This document shows, piece by piece, positions 11,889 through 23,729 of a stretch of 64,000 nucleotides of DNA. Source of the DNA: Centroscyllium fabricii (lineage: Eukaryota); NCBI GenBank assembly GCA_051313645.2, contig JBNRSN020000010.1, forward strand, positions 10,850,001-10,914,000. Reading direction: 5' to 3'. The notes beneath the pieces were generated by a model, which was given only the letters and a program-made list of their open reading frames with translations, made no database searches and was not told the DNA's origin. How positions within the stretch are numbered: position 1 is the stretch's first letter; every line of letters starts with the position of its first letter. The position numbers were made by a program, and so were the translations under genes.

Positions 11889-12705
11889 GCAATATACAGG
11901 TAGTAGCGCACAGATTAGGTAGTTATAGCTTATCCGAGTCCCAGTACCTCAAAATGCGTTTCACTGGGGAGGCAGAAGGGAGTCGCACTGCTTTATATTA
12001 TGTGAAGGAGCCTTTGGAAAGTATAAGCAAATGGTGGACATTTGGGCCACGGGACAGAGGGAGCTCATGTTCGGAGGTTTCGACGGATAATTCATAAAGG
12101 GAAATGAGCATAGTCGTGCAACCTGCCTGGGGTCACAGTACATGTAAATGGGGTCGGAATTAGGACTGAATGTAGAACACGTGTTCAGGCCCATTGAGGC
12201 TGCATAGCAGGTAAACAGTATGATCATCTGAAGCTTGTAGTCATCGACGAGGCGGAGCTCCAGCTGCTTCATGACAATGTTTATGGTTGCAGCCAAGGCA
12301 GGAGGAACAAACTGCTGGATATTATGTGAGGGAGACCTGTGGTATATGAATGAAAAGGTGAATATTTTGGCTATTGAAAAGTGGGTCAATTTATTGAGGA
12401 TGAGAGGAGAATGCGTAAGGGGCAATTTTGTTAGTCTGTGCTCGCTGCCTGCAGGCTCAGTAAATGCAAATCCATTGTGTTCATCGCCAGTGAAAATGCA
12501 CACCAGGAGAAGAGCGTGGTCATGTGACCCAGCGACACCTCGACTGGGCGCAGTTCTGGCTGCTTTGTGACATAGACATTTGCTGCTGTATGAGAGCCTG
12601 CTGGCTCCTTTGTGATGCCACATGGTGACAGGTTTGTGGCCCTCGATAGACCCCATCAGTGGTTTGTTAATATGTGCGGAGCTGGAGATGGCAGCATATA
12701 TTAAC

Positions 12706-13450
12706 ATAACATAAGAACATAAGAAATAGGAGCAGGAGTAGGCCAATCGGCCCCTAGAGCCTGCTCCGCCATTCAACAAGATCATGGCTGATCTGAACCC
12801 AACCTCAATTTTATTTTAACTCTCCACCCCACCCAAACCCAAGTGATCACCTGGGAGAGGCGAAAAACCAGATAAAAAACCCAGTAGCCAATTTGGGAGA
12901 AAAAATCTGGGAAATTCCTCACCGACCCATCTAGGCGATCGAAAACTGGTCCAGGAGATCACATGGCCGATCTGAACCTATCCTCACGTCCACTTACCTG
13001 CCCGCTCACCATAACCCCGAATTCCCTTTACTTCCAGGATCTGTCTATCTCTGTTTTAAAATTATTCAAAGTATTAGCTTCCACAGCGCTCTGGGGCAGC
13101 AAATTCCACAGCCCCACCACACTCTGGGTGAAGAAATTCCTCCTCATCTCTGTCCTAAATGAGTCACCCCTTATCCTTAGACTATGGCCCCTGGTTCTGG
13201 ACTCTCCTACCATCGGGAACATTCTTCCTGCATCAAGTCTGTCCAGACCAGTTAGAATTTTATACGTTTCGATGAGATCCCCTCTCAATCTTCTAAACTC
13301 CAGAGAGTACAAACCCAGTCTACCCAGTCTCTCCCCATACGTCAATCCTGCCATCCCAGGTATCAGCCTGGTGAATCTCCTCTGCACTCCCTCCATGGCA
13401 AGAACGTCCTTCCTTAGATAAGGAGACCAAAGCTGCACACAGTACTCAAG
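12706..13450 (-). mobile_element. CR1 LINE 3' end carrying an extra structured cassette in the 3' UTR
   Basis: ORF 13028-13492 has LEYCVQLWSP...RGDLIETYK, and the CR1 tail is present. There is an insert at ~12800-12962. Confidence 0.85.
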
Positions 13451-13559
13451 GCTTGTGAGAGATATTGCCCCTATCAATAGGGACAAAGACAAAATAGATA
13501 CATTTGCTAATTATGTAAGTAACTCAACCAAATATAATTCATTGTAAGTGCTTTATGAT

Positions 13560-14240
13560 TCTTTAGTATGAAGTGGGCGTCGCTGGCAAGGCCAACATTT
13601 ATTGCGCAACCGTAATTGCCGTGGAGCAGATGGTGGTGTGCCGCCTTCTTGAACGCTGCAATCATCATGGTGAAGGTACTCCCATAGTGCTGTTAGGGTA
13701 TGAGTTCCAGGATTTTGACCCACGACAATGCAGTAGCAGGGATACATTTCCAAGTTGGATGGTGTGTATCTTGCAGAGGAACTTGCAGGTGACGATGCTC
13801 CAAATGCGCTTGCTGCCCTTAACGGTCTCGCTGGTAAATTTCGCAAGTTTTGGAGCTGTTACCGAAGAAGTGTTGGTGAGGTGCTGCTGTGAAACCTGTT
13901 GACCAAAACTGTGTCAATAATATTTGCTGAAGAGGATGCGTGGAGCAGAACAAGGCGACCCGAAAAAGAAGGTGCCAACCTGGGAGGCTGCAATAGAGGA
14001 CTACATGCATAATAAACAGCAGCAGCATCATGCTATAAAAGGAGCTACGCGAAACTAGAGTCATGCTGTCAGATCAATGCCCTGGTTGGCCATTGGTGAA
14101 GGAAAGGAATGTTTACGGTGTGGATGTGGTGCCACTCCAGTAAGCTGTTTTACCCAGGATGGCCTCGAGCTTATTGACTGTTGTTCGAGCTGCACTCATC
14201 CACGCAAGTGGTGGGCATACCTTCACACTCCAGTCTATGT
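13560..14240 (-). mobile_element. 3' end of a second LINE family (CR1/L2 group)
   Basis: Reverse complement matches 34207-34640 (…ccagcgacgcccac…, …ggaactc…cctaacagcac…). Confidence 0.6.
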
Positions 14241-14289
14241 TTGGCCAAATGATATAATGAGGATGTGGGCCGAGTGGTCTTGGCATGAA

Positions 14290-16130
14290 CATCACTATTG
14301 GGAAAACCCCAAGCTGCTTTATTAGTATCTTAAGGGCAAGCAGAAAAAACAGAGGAAGTGTAGAGCCGATTATGGACCAAAGTTCCAATCTTTGTGTAGA
14401 GCCGAAAGATGTAGGTGAGGTTTTAAATGAACATTTTGCATCAGTGTACACTATGGAGAAGGACGATATAGGCATATGCATCAGATACGTGGATTGTGAT
14501 ATACTTGAATACATTAGTATTGAGCTGGAGGAGCTAATAGCGGTTTCAGCGGGAATAACATAGGATAAATCCACAGGCCCAGACGCAATCTATCCCAGGC
14601 TGGTGTGGGAGGCAATGGCAGAGTTTGCAGGGCAACTGGGACATATTTGCAGAATCTATCTGGCCACAGGGGAGGTGCCAGAATATTGAGGACAGATAAC
14701 ATCGTACCCTTATTGAAGAAGGGTAGTAGGGTTAAACCAGGGAACTAAAGACCAGTGTGCCTAACATCAGTGGTACGGAAATTATTGGAAAACATTCTGA
14801 GGGACACATTTAGTCTAAAATTGGAGCGGCAAGGATTAATCAATGATAGTCAGCAAAGCTGGTCAGGGGCTGAACATGTCTAAACAATTGTATTGACAAT
14901 TTCGAGGGGATGATGTGGTATGTTGGTGAGGGTAGTACTTTTAATGTAGTCTACATGGGCTTCAGTAAGATCTTTGAAAAAATCCCGCATGGGAGACTGG
15001 TCAAGAAGTTAAGAGCTCATGGGATCCAGGGAAATTTGTCACATTGGAACCTAAATTAGCTGAGTGACAGGAGGCAGAGTCAGATGTTCGAAGTGTGTTT
15101 CTGCGACTGGAAGACTGTACCCAGTGGTGTGCCGCAGGCACCAGTGCAGGGTCCTTTGCTGTTTGTAGTGCACATTAATGAATTAGATATGAATTTAGGA
15201 GGTATGATCAGTAAGTTAGTAAATGACACGAAAATTGGTCGGCTGGTAAATAGCGAGCAGGGAAGCCTCAGGTTACAGGAAAATATAAGATGGGTTGGTT
15301 AGATGGACAGAACTGTGGCAAATGGAATTTAATCCTGAAGAATGTGATGGGAAGCATTTTCGGAAGGGTAACAAGGCTAGGAAATAAACAATGAATGGTA
15401 GGACCCTATGGATGCCTCAGAATCAGAGCGACCATGGTGCGCATGGACGTGGATCCCTGAAGGCAGCAGATGATGTGGTTAAAAAGGCAGATGCGAAACC
15501 TGGCTTCCTTAGCCGAGGACTAAAATTGAAGAGCAGTGAGGTTATGATGGAACTGAACAAAACGCTAGCTAGGCCACAGCTGGAATACTGTGTGCAGTTC
15601 TGCTCGCCACACTATAGGAAGGATGCAGTTGCATTGGGGAATGTGCAGAAGCGAGTCACCAGGATGCTACCTGGGCTGGAGCGCTTCTGCTAAGAAGGGA
15701 GACTGGGCAGGCTTGGGGTGTTTCCTTTAGAATAGAGAAGACTGAGTGGGGACCTGATTGCGGTGTACAATAATATGAGGGGCATAGATAGGGTAGATAG
15801 AAAGGATATTTTCCCCTTAGTAGAGTGGTCAATCACAAAGGGTCTTAATTTCAATATAAGGGGCCGATGATTTGGAGGGGATTTGAGGAAAAACTATTTC
15901 TCTCAGTGTTTGGTCGAAAACCGGAACTCACTGCATGCAAGAGCGGTAGAGGCATGAACCCTCACAACAATCATGAAGCTTTTAGATGAGCACTTGAACT
16001 GCCATATCATAAAGGGCTATTGACGAAGTACTGGAAATTTGGATTAAAATAGACAGGGCTAAATGGCTAGCGCGGACACGGTGGGCCGAAGAGCCTCTTT
16101 CTTTGCTCTATAACCCTGTGCCTATAACTC
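14290..16130 (+). mobile_element. Degenerate CR1 LINE (linker, RT and 3' UTR)
   Basis: EVLNEHFASVYT, SGVPQ, RPQLEYCVQF and a CR1 3' UTR. Confidence 0.85.
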
Positions 16131-16270
16131 TAAGATTCTATCCCACTGTCACACATTCAACTGATCATTCAAAGCTATGCAGTCCTGCCGCACCCAGTCC
16201 TGAATTATCGTGGACCATTGAGCAATGAACTGGAGGCGGATACTCCAACAATATCCCCACACTCAGTGAT

Positions 16271-17168
16271 CATAGAATCATAGAAGATAGGAGCAGGAGT
16301 AGGCCATTCAGCCCTTCGAGCCTGCTCCGCCATTCAATGAGATCAATTCTGATCTTTAGCAAGCTAGTACCCCGTCCCCGCCTTTTCTCCATAACCTTTA
16401 ATCCCTTTAGCTTGAAGAAATATATCCAATTCCCTCTTGAATATGTTTAATGAACTGGCCTCCACCGCCCTCTGTGGCAGGGAATTCCACAGGCCCACCA
16501 CTCTCTGAGTGAAGAAATTCTTCCTCAAGTCTGTCCTAAATGGTTTACCCCTTATCCTTAGACTGTGGCCCCTGGTTCTGGACTCCCCCGCCATTGGAAA
16601 CATTCTCTCTGAATCTAACCTGTCCAGACCTTTCAGAATTTTATACGTCTCAATGAGAACGCCTCTCAATCTTCTAAACTCCAACGAGTACAAGCCCAGA
16701 CTACACAAACTCTCTTCGTAGGTCATTCCTGCCATTCCAGGAATCAGCCTGGTGAAACGCCGCTGCACTCCTTCCATGGCAAGAACATCCTTCCTCAGGC
16801 GAGGCGACCAGAACTGTACACAATACTCGAGGTGTGGTCTCACCAGTGCCTTGTACAGCTGCAGTAAGGTATCCTTATTCCTATACTCGAACCCTCTTGA
16901 TATGAAGGCCAACATACCATTTGCCTTCCCAACCGCCTGCTGCACCTGCGTGCTCGCCTTCAGCGACTGGTGCACAAGAACACCCAGGTCTCTCTGCACC
17001 TCCCCATCTCCCAATCTATTGCCATTTAAGTAGTAATCTACCCTCCTGTTTTTGCCCCCAAAGTGGATAACCTCACATTTATCCACATTATAGTGCATCT
17101 GCCATCTATCTGCCCAGTCCCCCAACTTATCCAAATCGCCCTGTAATTTCCTGACACCCTCTTTAGAG
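16271..17168 (-). mobile_element. Young 5'-truncated CR1, close to the 8650 family, inserted into an older LINE fragment (16140-17328)
   Basis: The ORF ending FLQAKGIKGYGEKAGTGY is nearly identical to the 8737 ORF C-terminus. The flanks read as contiguous older LINE sequence. Confidence 0.85.
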
Positions 17169-18496
17169 CTGGAGCCCGTAACGTGAGTGTGAAAAGACAA
17201 CGCTGCAGAGTTTGATAACAAATCCAGCCAAAAGTGCAGAGTGGCTGATTCATATCGGCCTACACCTGAGGTGCTCTCCATCACAGAAGCCAGTCTTCTG
17301 TCAATTCGAATCAGTCCACCTGCTATCACTCTAACATTACTGGTGATGAACCTGCTCTTACATTACTGGTGGTGATTCTTCACTAATATTAATGTTGGCG
17401 AACCTACTCGAACATTAATGCTGATGACCCTGCTCTAACATTACTGGTGGTGATACGATTAAACAGTATTGTTCGTGAATCTACACTAATAGTTGTGTTG
17501 GTGACCCTACTCTAACATAACTGCTGGCGACTCTTCTGTAACATTTCTATTGATGACCCTACACTAATATTACTGGTGGTGGCCCACTTCCTCATTACAG
17601 CTGGTGACTCTACTCCAGTATTACTTGTGGCAACTCTACACTGACATTAATGGATGTGACACTACACTAACGTTACTGGCGGGAAATCAGAGCTAACATT
17701 ACTGGTGCTGTCCCTAGTCTATCATTATTGGAGGTGACTCTAATCTAACAGTACTGCTGTTGACCATACTCTAACTTTGCTATTGGTAAGTCTGTTCTAA
17801 CATTACTGGTTTTGACTCTAGTCTAACGTTGCTGGTGGCGATCCTACACTAACATTACTGGTGGTGACACTTCTCCAACAGTACTGCTGGTGACTCTACA
17901 TTAACATTACTGGAGGTGACTCGACTATAATATTAATGATGGGGACTTTACACTATCATTACTGTTGGCGAACCTACTCCAACATTACTGGTTGTGAATT
18001 TACTCTACAGTTTATTTTTGTTTATCTGTTCTAACATTGTTGGTGGTTAATTTACTCTAACTTTACAGGTGGTGACGCTGCACTATATGTATTGCTGGTG
18101 ATTCTAATCTAACATTATTGGTGCTCTTACTACTCTAACCTTACCCATTGTGATTCCACACTGACATTAATGATGGTTACACTAAGCTATATTTTACGGT
18201 GTTGCATCTACTCTAGTATTACTGTTCGTGACTCTAACCAAACATTAGTTTTGGTGACTCTAATTCAACATGCTTTGTGGTGTCCATAATCTAGACTTAC
18301 TGCTAGTAACCCTAATCTAACTTTACTGCTGATAACCCTTCTCAAAAAGTAATTGTGTTAACGCTTCTCTAACAACATTGCAGCTGCCACGACACTCACA
18401 TTTGTAGTGGTAAATCTACTCTATTATTCATGGTGGTGACAATACTCTGACATTACTGGTGGTGACTCTACTCTAAAATGTCTGCAGGTGATCCTA

Positions 18497-18889
18497 ACAA
18501 AGAAACTTAGAAGGTAGGAGCAGGAGTAGGCCATTCCGCCCTTCGTGCCTGCTCCACCATTCAATGAGATCATGGCTGATCATCCAAACCCAGCACCCCG
18601 CCATTGCCGTCACCCCATATGCCTCTCGAGCCTGCACCGACACACCCTATCCCCGTAACCCCACATATTCAATCCCCCTAACAATAAGGGTCAATTTATC
18701 ATGGTCAATCAACCTAACCTGCACATCATTGGACTGTGGGAGGAAACCGGAGCACCCGGAAGAAACCCACGCAGACAAGGGGAGAATGTGCAAACTCCAC
18801 ACAGATAATACCCGAGGCTGGATTTGAACCCTGGTCTCCAGTGCTGTGAGGCAACAGTGGTAACCACTGTGCCACCGTGCCACCCAGCC
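18497..18889 (-). mobile_element. tRNA-derived V-SINE (HE1-like) with CR1-derived tail
   Basis: tRNA head (ggcacggtggcacagtggtt), V-core (GTGGAGTTTGCACATTCTCCCC…CTCCGGTTTCCTCCCACAGTCC) and CR1 tail. TSD GATCCTA at 18490-18496 and 18890-18896. Confidence 0.9.
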
Positions 18890-21252
18890 GATCCTACTCT
18901 AACATCGTTGGTTGTGACCATACTCTAACATTACTGGAGCCGACCATACATTATCATTACTCGTGGCGACTCTACTCGAATATTGCTGCTGGTAACCCTA
19001 CACTATCAATACTGGTGATGACCCTAACGCAACATGAACGGAGTTGCCCCATACCTAGCATTAACAGTTGTGACGCTACTGCAGTATTGTTGACGATGCC
19101 CCTTCTCTAAAATTGCTGGTGGTGAATCTAATCTATCGTTACTACTGGTAATCCGACTTTAACAATATTGCTGGTGGGTCAAAACTAACATTACAGGTTC
19201 TTACTCTACTCTAACGTTAATGATGGATACGCTTGTCTAACATTGCCGACAGTGAATCGACACTAACATTAGTGGTGGTAAAACAACTCTTTCCTTACTG
19301 GTGGTGACTATATTCTAAATTTACTGGTGGTGTTCCTTGTATATTATTACTGTTGTTCACTCTACATTGACACTAATGGTGGATATGCCACTCTATTATT
19401 TCTGGTGTTGCATCTGTTCTAACATTACTGGCCGTGAATCTACTAAATATTACTGGTGGTGATCCTACTCAAATGTTATTTTGTTGAGATTACTCAAGCA
19501 ACGCTGGTGATTATACTATTCCAACAATATTGGTGGTGACCTTACTCTATCATCAATGTTCGTGACACTACGTTAACGTTAATTATTGTATCGCTGCTCT
19601 AACATTACTGGTAATGACACTACTCTAACATTTCTGCTGGTGATTCTTCTCTAACATTAAGGTTGGTGAACCTCTACTACAATTACTGGTAATGATCCAA
19701 CTCTAAATTTATTGGTGATGACCCGTCTATCACATTTTTGTTGGTGACTCGACACTAACATTACTGCTGATGAGCATACTCAAACATTACTGGTGATGAC
19801 TCTTATCTAAATTTACTGTTGATGATCCTACACTAACGCTAGTGGTGGGGAACCTAGTCTATCATTAAACCTGGTGACTCTTCTGCAACATTATTGCTGG
19901 TGACACTACTCTTACGTTAATGGTGGTGACATTACTCTAACTTTCCTGTTTGTGAACCTACTCCATCTTGATTGGTGATGAACCTACTCCAGCATTAGAA
20001 GTGGTGACGCTACTCTACAATTTCTGGTGGTTTATCCGCTTAAATATTGCGGTGGTGAATCTACACTACATTTACTGGTGGTGAATCTAAACTAACGTTA
20101 CTGGTGCTCATAATACTCTAATGTTACCTGTGGTGATTCCACTCTAACATTAAAGATGTAGACTCCACTATAGAATTTCTGGCCGAGTCTCGACTCTAAC
20201 ATTGTCGTGGTGAATCTAATCAATCATTACTTGTTTTGAATTTAATGTAACATTACTGGTGATAACGCTGCTCTTACATTACTGATCTGAATGATACTGT
20301 AACACAAATTGAGTTATCTCTACGCTGAAATTAGTCGCGGTGACACTACACAATTTTTAAAGCTGTTGTCCCTACTCTGACATTCCTGGTGGTGACTCTA
20401 CTCTATCATTAATGCTGGTGAACCTACACAAATATAACTGGTTGTGACCCTGCACTAAAATTAATGGAGGTGTCCCTGCACTAACATTACTCGGGGTGAC
20501 TCGCCGTCATTATTACTGGTGGGGACCCTACGCTAAAAGTACTGGTGGTGACCCTACGATAACACGAATGGAGTTGCACCAACCCTAACATTATTCCTTG
20601 TGACCCTACTCTAGTGTGGCTGGTGGTGACTCTACTCTAACATTACTGTTGGTAAACAGGTTCAACTTTACTGGTGGTGACCCTGTTCTAACGTTACTGG
20701 TGGTGACTCTTGCGTAACATTAATGATGGTTACTCTTCTCGACCATTGCTGATAGTGACTCTACTGTAACATTGCTGGTGGTGAACCTACTCTAACATTT
20801 CTGATGGTTAATCTACTCTAATAGTATAGGTGTTGATCCTGCTAAATTGTTACCTTTGGGGACGCCACACTTTCATTTATTGTGTATACTCAACTTTATA
20901 TTTACTGCTGGTGACCCGACTCTACTAATACTGCTGCTGAACCTAAACTTACATTAATGGTGCTGACTCATCTCAGCATTTCAGGGTGTGGCCCTTCTCT
21001 ACAATTTCTGCAGGTGGAAATTCTCTAAATGTACTGGTCGTGAATCTACTGTAATACTACTGGTGGTGAATCTAAAGTAACATTACTGGTGGTTAACCTA
21101 TCCTAACATTACACGATGAGAATGTTCTCAAGTATTACTGTTGGTGACCCTTCTTTAACATTAATGGTTGTGATTCTACTCTAACATTATTGTTGGTGAC
21201 ACTAGTCTAACATTATTGGTGGTGACCCTGTCTTAACAATACTGGTGGTGAC

Positions 21253-21655
21253 ATAAGACACATAGAAACTAGGAACAGGAGAAGGCCATTCGGCCCTTCG
21301 AGCCTGCTCCGCCATTCAATGAGATCATGGCTGATCATCCAAACCCAGTACCCCGTCCCTGCCTTGTCCCCATATCCCTCGATCCCTATCGAGCCTGCAC
21401 CGACACACATCCCACCCTATCCCCGTAATCCCACATATTCAATCCCCCTAACACTAAGGGTCAATTTATCATGGCCATTCAACCTAACCCGCACATCTTT
21501 GGACTGTGGGAGGAAACCGGAGCACCCGGATGAAACCCACTCAGACACGGGGAGAATGTGCAAACTCCACACAGATAGTACCCGAGGCTGGATTTGAACC
21601 CGGATCTCTAGTGCTGTAAGGCAACAGTGCTAACCACTATGCCACCGTGCCGCCC
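21253..21655 (-). mobile_element. tRNA-derived V-SINE (HE1-like)
   Basis: Highly similar to the 18497-18889 copy, with the same head, core and tail. Confidence 0.9.
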
Positions 21656-23729
21656 CTTACTCTCACATTACTCGTGGTGAAGATTCTCCAGTATTGCTGG
21701 TGGTAATCCTACTGTAAAATCACTGGCAGTGAATATACTCTTAAATTAGTGCTTTTGAACCTACACTAACAACACTGGTGGTGACTCAACTCTAACATTA
21801 CTGTTGTTGAACCTACACTAAAATACTGATGGTGGCTCAAATCTAAAATTACTGGCAGTGACTCTATAACAATACTGGGGGTGACCCAACTCTAACATTC
21901 CTGCTGGATACTCTAACTGACATTACTGATTGATACTCGGGTATATCATTGCTAATGGTGACTCTATTGTTCATTAAATGTGGTGAATCAACTCTAACGT
22001 TACTGCTGGTGAAACAATTCTAAAAGTACTGCTGGTATTCCAGCTATAAAATTATTGTTGGTCACTCTACATTAACCTTAATGGGTGATAGTCTTCTTTA
22101 AAATATCTGGTGGTATATCTGCTCTAATATTGCTGGTGGATAATGTACTTTAACATTTCTGATTGTGATCCAACTCAAGTTTATTGTTCGGGACATTACT
22201 CTACCATTACTGATGATGAGACGACTCTAAGATTATTGTAGATGACTCTACACGTATATTATAGTTGGCAGACAAATTAAATATATATTTTGGTTTTGTC
22301 TTCACAAAGGAGCACATAAATAATCTGCCGGTGATGTCGGGAATCATTGCGACTAATGAGAGGGAGGAACTGATAGAAATCAGTATTTGTAGGGATATGG
22401 TGTTGGGGAAGTTGAAGGGATTAAATGTCGGCAAATCCGCGGGGCCCGATAATCTACATTCTCGGGTACTTAAGGATGAGTCCCTGGAGATGGTAGATGC
22501 ATTGCTGATTATCTTCCAGAACTCGATAGACTCTGGAACAGTATCCATGAATTGGAGGGCAGCTAAGGTTCCCACACTATTCAAAAAAGGGGGTAGAGAA
22601 ATGCGGCGAATTATGGACCAGCAAGACTGACATTGGTAGTGGGGAAAATGCGCGAGTCCGTAATTAAAGATGTAATAGAAGTACACTTGAAAACCAGTGA
22701 CTGGATCGGACAGAGTTAACATGGATCTACAAAAGGTAAATCGTGCTTGACTAATCTACTGGAATTTTGTGAGCATGTAACTGGTAAAATAGATCGGGGA
22801 GAACCAGCAGACCTGTTGTGTTTGGAATTTCAGAAAGCTTTCGATGAGGTCCATCGTAAGAGATTATCGTGCAAAATTAAGGCTCATGGAATTGGGGGCA
22901 TGGCATTGACGTGGATAGAGAACTGGTTCGCAGATAGACAACAGAGAATTGGAATAAACGGGTTGTTTTCCGCATGGCACGCAGTGACTAGTGGGGCAAT
23001 GCAACGAACGGATCTCGGACTCCAGCTGTTCACAATATATTGAAGATCTGGACGAGGGAATTGGATGTAATATCTCCAAATCTTCCGACGATGCAAAGCT
23101 GGGTGGGAGGCTATGCTGTCGAGAAACTCCAATGCAATTTGAACAGGTGGGGCGATTGGACAGATACATGGAAAATGTACTATAATGTGGATACATGTGA
23201 GGTTATCCAAATTATTGGCAAAAACAGGAAGGCAGATTATTATTTGAGTGGCAATAGACTTGGAGATGGGAAAATGCAAACAGATCTGCGTGTTCTTGTA
23301 CAACAGTCACTGTAGGTAAGCATGTAGGTGCAACAGACCGTTAAGATGGCAAGAGGTATTTTTAACTTCGTAGCAAGAAGGTTCGAATATAAGGACAAGG
23401 AAATCTTGCTGCAGCTCTGCAGGACCTTGGTGAGACCTCCCCTCGAGTATTGTGTGCAGTTTTGGTCGCCGCTTCTGAGGAAGGACGTTCTTGCCGTTGA
23501 AGTAGTGCAGCGAAGATTCACCAGGCTGAAACCTGGAATGGCAGGAATGACGTATGGGGAGAGATTTAATCGACAGGGCTTATACTCACTGGATTTCAGA
23601 CGATAGAGAGCGGATCTCCGTCGAAATCTATACATTTCTGTCAGGCCTAGACAAACTGGAGGCAGGAATGATGTTCCCGATGTTCGGCGATTTCAGAACC
23701 AGGTGCCATAGTCTAAGGATAAGGGAAAG

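Larger units (their letters stand above)
8650..11890 (-). mobile_element. Young CR1-clade LINE with 5' inversion. The 3' part (RT and 3' UTR) is on the - strand at 8650-~10526. The ORF1 esterase and APE endonuclease part is inverted onto the + strand at ~10526-11890.
   Basis: TSD AATATACA at 8642-8649 and 11891-11898. Short (CTATGTAT)n tail. The two halves are consecutive parts of a CR1 in opposite orientations. Confidence 0.9.

Noticed and set aside
10573-11922. Host esterase and endonuclease genes
   Set aside because: They are CR1 ORF1 and ORF2 parts lying inside a TSD-bounded insertion.
11961-12785. 274-aa ORF as a bona fide gene
   Set aside because: Its first ~25 codons come from a CR1 tail, I recognise no domain, and the paralogous copy has stops in the equivalent frame. 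It is retained only as part of the unexplained duplicated module.
16364-17329. 321-aa chimeric ORF
   Set aside because: It is a chance read-through from the antisense strand of an older LINE fragment into a 5'-truncated CR1 RT tail.
18840-18889. tRNA genes
   Set aside because: The tRNA-like sequences are SINE heads followed by a V-core and LINE tail. The tRNA-Trp matches at 27907-27922 and ~47487-47498 are primer-binding sites.
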